Shown here: piece after piece, positions 60,166 to 64,000 of the stretch | Layout: each line of letters opens with the position of its first letter | Numbering within the stretch: position 1 is the first letter of the stretch | Source of the DNA: a virus | Taxonomy: Duplodnaviria; Caudoviricetes | IMG/VR virus record: IMGVR_UViG_3300035498_000877 | Coordinates: 1 to 64,000 of that record | Reading direction: 5' to 3' (one strand) | Length of the DNA: 64,000 bases | Translations under genes and position numbers: made by a program | The notes under the pieces: model-generated | What the model saw: only the letters and a program-made list of their open reading frames with translations | Database searches by the model: none | Told to the model about the DNA's origin: nothing

Positions 60166-60879
60166 ATGAGTGCATTTTATGCTAAGGAAGGAAAGATATA
60201 TGCTTCTGACTATATTGAGATATTTGTTCCAGTATCATTCATTTCAAATGGAATAGCATTGAATAAAGGAGATTCTCTTGAAGTAGTTGGATTATTATAT
60301 GCTCAGCCATATGTAAATGGATCTGCTAAAAACATTCAATTCTTTAATATTCCGACTATTATAAATTTGATGATCTATAATTATACTGAGAGAACTGTTG
60401 ATATTGAAGGAATGAATATCAAATGTATGGTATTAGAATATATGAAAGATGCTTATGTAATGCATCAATCAATAACACAGGGACGAGAAGTTGCTGAAAC
60501 ATTCTTACAGATGGTATTGGCTGGAAAAGTTCCTAAAACAATTTCATACATGAAGTTAATTGATATTTGGTGGAAGAATTTATCTATATCTGGAGTTAAT
60601 TTCAAAGTACCTTCTAAGATATATGAGATGATACTTGCTTCCATCTATAGAAGTCCTAATAATCCAAAAGAAAGATATGGTCAATATATTGGAAGACAGA
60701 ATAATACAACTGGATTGGATTATAAAACTAATAATGTTCGAGAAGTTGTTAAGAATTTATCAACATTCAGTGGAATGGTTTTTGAAGATATGAATGCTAT
60801 GATTACTAATGGAATTAATAATTCAATTAATAATATAGAAGAGCAAGAATCCCCACTTGAAAAGATTATTCACTACTAA
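60166..60879 (+). CDS. Possible RNA polymerase beta-prime C-terminal fragment
   Basis: KVPSKIYEMILASIYR...STFSGMVFEDMNAMITNGI...ESPLEKII parallels beta-prime region H (KHIEVIVRQM...SFISAASFQETTRVL...GLKENVI); by-eye match only. Confidence 0.4.
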   Translation: MSAFYAKEGKIYASDYIEIFVPVSFISNGIALNKGDSLEVVGLLYAQPYVNGSAKNIQFFNIPTIINLMIYNYTERTVDIEGMNIKCMVLEYMKDAYVMHQSITQGREVAETFLQMVLAGKVPKTISYMKLIDIWWKNLSISGVNFKVPSKIYEMILASIYRSPNNPKERYGQYIGRQNNTTGLDYKTNNVREVVKNLSTFSGMVFEDMNAMITNGINNSINNIEEQESPLEKIIHY

Positions 60880-60960
60880 TTAACTATTGTAACACTTTAT
60901 TAAAGAGATACTATAGAAATATGAACTCTAAAAATATTAAGTAAAGGAGTGTATAAAAAT

Positions 60961-63453
60961 ATGAGTAATACAGATTCTACAGCTCAGATCATACCATACT
61001 ATTCTCATCCTCACGTTTATACCGTGATTAATGATAATACGTATTATGACGAAACAGTCAATACTGATGTAGCATCAGATACTTCATTACCATATTCAAC
61101 CATGGTAGTCACAGGTGCCGATAAAGGTATTGATAATACTTTTATTAGATTACAAAATCTATCAACAAAGCAAGCTTTATTTGGAGTAGGAAACTTTGCT
61201 AAATATGGTCAGTCTTCTATACAAGCAGATGTATTGTTTAATGGATATACAAATGTTTGGTTCTGCAGAGTATTACCTGATAATGCAACATATGCTAACT
61301 TAGTAGTAGTTGCTTATTATCGTAAAGGAAAGATTCTTGATGAACTTGGACAGGAAACTGGTAAGTCTCGTCTTGAAATTAAGTTTGGTACAGTTAGTGC
61401 TGGTAAACCAACTCTTGAAGAAGGATCTAAGTCAGATGATGATATTGATGCATTTGCCAGATCTTTAGTAACAACAACTGCTGATCCACAGACAGGATAC
61501 ATGTGTGTTCCTTTGTTCTATATAAGAGCAATTGGACGTGGAAAGTATGGAAATAATCTATCAATGAGATTTGGTAGAGATACTGATGCAGAGAAAGAAT
61601 ACAATGGAAAAATGTATGATTTCTATCTCATTAATAATGAGAGTGCAACGGTTGTTTCAAATGTTTTTGCAGGATCATTATATCAGACAACAAAGTATGA
61701 TACATCAACATTGATTGATGATGTTGTATCACAGTATGCAACTGGATCATCTCCTATTGCAGCTAAGACATATGATGAATATCTTGAGAAGATATTTGAG
61801 TATTATCATGAAATAGCTGTTGAGAATTACAACTATATTCAGCAGTCTGGTGCTGCTGAAGCTGATGTTGAAGAAGTTACAGCTGCATTAGCTATTACTG
61901 ATGAACAGTTTGATATCTTATTTGGTAAGGTATTAAATACAAGAACTTCTGAAGAGATTCCTTATTATAGGAATTATACACAGGATCCAGATAATGTATG
62001 GGTTGACCCAGATCTTGAGATACCTGCAACTGAGAGTGCTTCAAAACCACTTAATATTTCTGATTGGACAACAGCATTTGTTGGTGCCAGAGTATTAGTA
62101 GCTTCAGATTCACTCAATGATGGTAAGAGAATGATCTATAAGATTATTTCAATTGATTCTGAAACTGGAAATATCCTTTATGATGAAGGAACAGAAACAG
62201 CTATAGATGCTAACCAGTATGATGGAATTGATTTGACACAGTCTGTTGGCTGGGCTCTTACAAATGGTAGTGATGGTGATTTTGAATCAATTACCGTAAA
62301 TGGTGAGACAAGAGAGCCTTCATCTGCTGAAATGAAATTACTTCTTTCTCGTGAGTATGTTAAAGCTATTCGTGGTGAGAAAGATAGAAGAATCCTTAGT
62401 CCTGCACGTATTGATCTTGATTTCATATTTGATGCAAATTACAATATGACATCTACAGATAGTGTAGCACTTGATACAACTACAATTCCTCTGTATGATA
62501 ATTCGACTGTACTTACTAACCAGGATGCTCAACAGTTAGCAATTCTTGGAACAACTTCAGATTCAACCTTATCATTCTCTGATCTCAATGTTAAGCAAGC
62601 TCTTTATGATCTTAATGAGTTCAGATGTATTAATGGTATGACAGTTGCTAAGCCAAATGTTGGTAGTGCAGGATGCTCATTATATCTTGATTGTGGATTA
62701 GTTGGATCAAAGACTCTTGAAGTTAATTCAGAGTTGAATGCAATCATAGATATGTTTGCAGACTATACAGGAAGACAGACATCAATTGATCTTGGATATT
62801 ATCAGATGTTTGATCCTCTTACAAAGAAGAAAATCAATGTAACAGTTGATTATCTAATTGCACAGGGATTGATTCCTCACATAATCAAGTATGGTTTGAA
62901 TAAGCCATTCGTATATAATTATGCACAGGTAACATCTGTACAGAAGGATACTTCTACAACATCTTCAGGTGCAATGATCAGAGATTCATTTGTACCAGAT
63001 ATTGATCTTATAGATTGGGATGTTAAGGAGAAATTATATACTTCAAGAATTAATTATTGGCTTTCAAAGGATGAAGGTAGAACAGTTCAAAGAGCAGTTC
63101 AGAACACTCGTCAGACAGAAGCTTCTGCACTTCTTGAAGAGAATAATGTTCGTGTACTTAATACTCTTAAGAAAGAGATGGAAGAGGCTTGTAGAGGATA
63201 TCTGTATTCTTGGAATGAACAGGAAGTTCGTAAAGGATTTACAGATGCCCAGATGAAGAAGTTCAGTCCTTGGATTGGAACAATGGTTCAGGATATTGAT
63301 ATCTCATTCGAAGCAAATGAGTGGGAACAGGAACGTATGATCATGCATTGCTATGTATCAGTTAAGTTCCGTGATATAGTTAAGAGAATAATTCTTGAGA
63401 TTAATATTAATCGTCCAGATTATTCGTCATCAAGTGATGGAGGTGAATCATAA
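60961..63453 (+). CDS. Tail sheath protein
   Basis: About 830 aa; C-terminal RINY..QNTRQ..SALLEENNVRVL..VKFRDIVKRIILEINI is sheath-like; followed by a tube-like gene. Confidence 0.8.
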   Translation: MSNTDSTAQIIPYYSHPHVYTVINDNTYYDETVNTDVASDTSLPYSTMVVTGADKGIDNTFIRLQNLSTKQALFGVGNFAKYGQSSIQADVLFNGYTNVWFCRVLPDNATYANLVVVAYYRKGKILDELGQETGKSRLEIKFGTVSAGKPTLEEGSKSDDDIDAFARSLVTTTADPQTGYMCVPLFYIRAIGRGKYGNNLSMRFGRDTDAEKEYNGKMYDFYLINNESATVVSNVFAGSLYQTTKYDTSTLIDDVVSQYATGSSPIAAKTYDEYLEKIFEYYHEIAVENYNYIQQSGAAEADVEEVTAALAITDEQFDILFGKVLNTRTSEEIPYYRNYTQDPDNVWVDPDLEIPATESASKPLNISDWTTAFVGARVLVASDSLNDGKRMIYKIISIDSETGNILYDEGTETAIDANQYDGIDLTQSVGWALTNGSDGDFESITVNGETREPSSAEMKLLLSREYVKAIRGEKDRRILSPARIDLDFIFDANYNMTSTDSVALDTTTIPLYDNSTVLTNQDAQQLAILGTTSDSTLSFSDLNVKQALYDLNEFRCINGMTVAKPNVGSAGCSLYLDCGLVGSKTLEVNSELNAIIDMFADYTGRQTSIDLGYYQMFDPLTKKKINVTVDYLIAQGLIPHIIKYGLNKPFVYNYAQVTSVQKDTSTTSSGAMIRDSFVPDIDLIDWDVKEKLYTSRINYWLSKDEGRTVQRAVQNTRQTEASALLEENNVRVLNTLKKEMEEACRGYLYSWNEQEVRKGFTDAQMKKFSPWIGTMVQDIDISFEANEWEQERMIMHCYVSVKFRDIVKRIILEININRPDYSSSSDGGES

Positions 63454-64000
63454 TGGCTATTCCTGGAGTAATTACAGCTCAGACTGGTGGTCGTCAATTT
63501 GATGCCCCTGATTTGACAAAATATTCTATGTTTGTGGGTGGTACAAATGCAACTCATCATGCATTAAAGAATTATTCTCCATTGCTTAATGGCTTTGGTA
63601 GATTATTCATGGTTAGACCACCTTATGCTATTCTTAAAATGTTTGCTGGCTCAGATGCCAACTTATATTCATCAGATAATCTGTTTATACAGTTTAAGCA
63701 TATGATGGAGTATATGAATAAGTCTGTAACTGGTTTTGGTGATAAAACACTTGAAAATGCTTCTACAGCTATTCAAGGTGGATTTGCTGGTAGATCATTT
63801 AATACTCCTACAGTAACTAAGGAGACAACACAGGAAATTACAATTGGTTTGTATGAAATGGTTGGTGCTCCTGTATATACAGTTATTGATGGTTGGATGA
63901 ATGCTATTGGTGATGAGAATTCAGGTCTTGCTACTTATGGTGGATTCATCTCAGGTGGTCAAGATTCTAATGGTCTTGAGAAGAGATTATATATGAGATC
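63453..64000 (+). CDS. Tail tube protein, partial
   Basis: ATG overlaps the sheath TAA; GGAGGTG RBS; MAIPGVITAQ...GFGRLFMVRPP...EITIGLYEMVG.PV...WMNAIGDENSGLATY; open to window end. Confidence 0.7.
   Translation, partial: MAIPGVITAQTGGRQFDAPDLTKYSMFVGGTNATHHALKNYSPLLNGFGRLFMVRPPYAILKMFAGSDANLYSSDNLFIQFKHMMEYMNKSVTGFGDKTLENASTAIQGGFAGRSFNTPTVTKETTQEITIGLYEMVGAPVYTVIDGWMNAIGDENSGLATYGGFISGGQDSNGLEKRLYMR

Noticed and set aside
600-63256. Many short antisense or alternate-frame ORFs in the track (e.g. 600..782, 2960..3334, 15412..15804, 43617..44015, 48487..48879)
   Set aside because: They are shadows of long genes, lack RBSs and have atypical composition.
1-64000. Stop-codon reassignment and tRNA genes
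   Set aside because: Genes are full length under code 11, TAG and TGA end genes at sensible boundaries, and no cloverleaf or T-loop motif was noticed.

Overview
AT-rich (GC roughly 25-30% by eye), densely coding segment of a large myovirus (jumbo-phage-like) genome. It uses the standard genetic code and strong AAAGGAG-type RBSs, which suggests a Firmicutes (probably Clostridia-like) host. Morphogenesis genes: putative major capsid protein, terminase large subunit split by a group I intron whose HNH endonuclease sits in the P1 loop, tail sheath, tail tube, a tail-assembly-chaperone-like gene with a predicted -1 frameshift, a lectin-fold fibre-like gene with a G9 tract, and several large putative internal head proteins. 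Replication and nucleotide genes: DnaB-like helicase, SF2/UvsW-like helicase with a class 3 intein, SbcC/Rad50, thymidylate kinase, MYG1 and DHH phosphoesterases. There is also a possible stand-alone RNAP beta-prime C-terminal fragment and a minus-strand cluster of small early-type genes with paralog expansions. Most notable: (1) an about 900-nt ORF-free region (29.75-30.66 kb) that folds on the + strand into long G-U-rich helices whose first and last major hairpin loops are complementary, a candidate large structured ncRNA; (2) putative head polyproteins in which cargo domains (SUKH/SMI1, transglutaminase, permuted papain, and a four-copy uncharacterised SHG module) are bracketed by hydrophobic-X-Glu prohead-protease-like sites; (3) a rigidly spaced promoter ATCG-N20-ATATATTY-N5-ATGTA paired with a sequence-conserved terminator hairpin family. 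All assignments come from manual motif reading; no database searches or folding programs were run.
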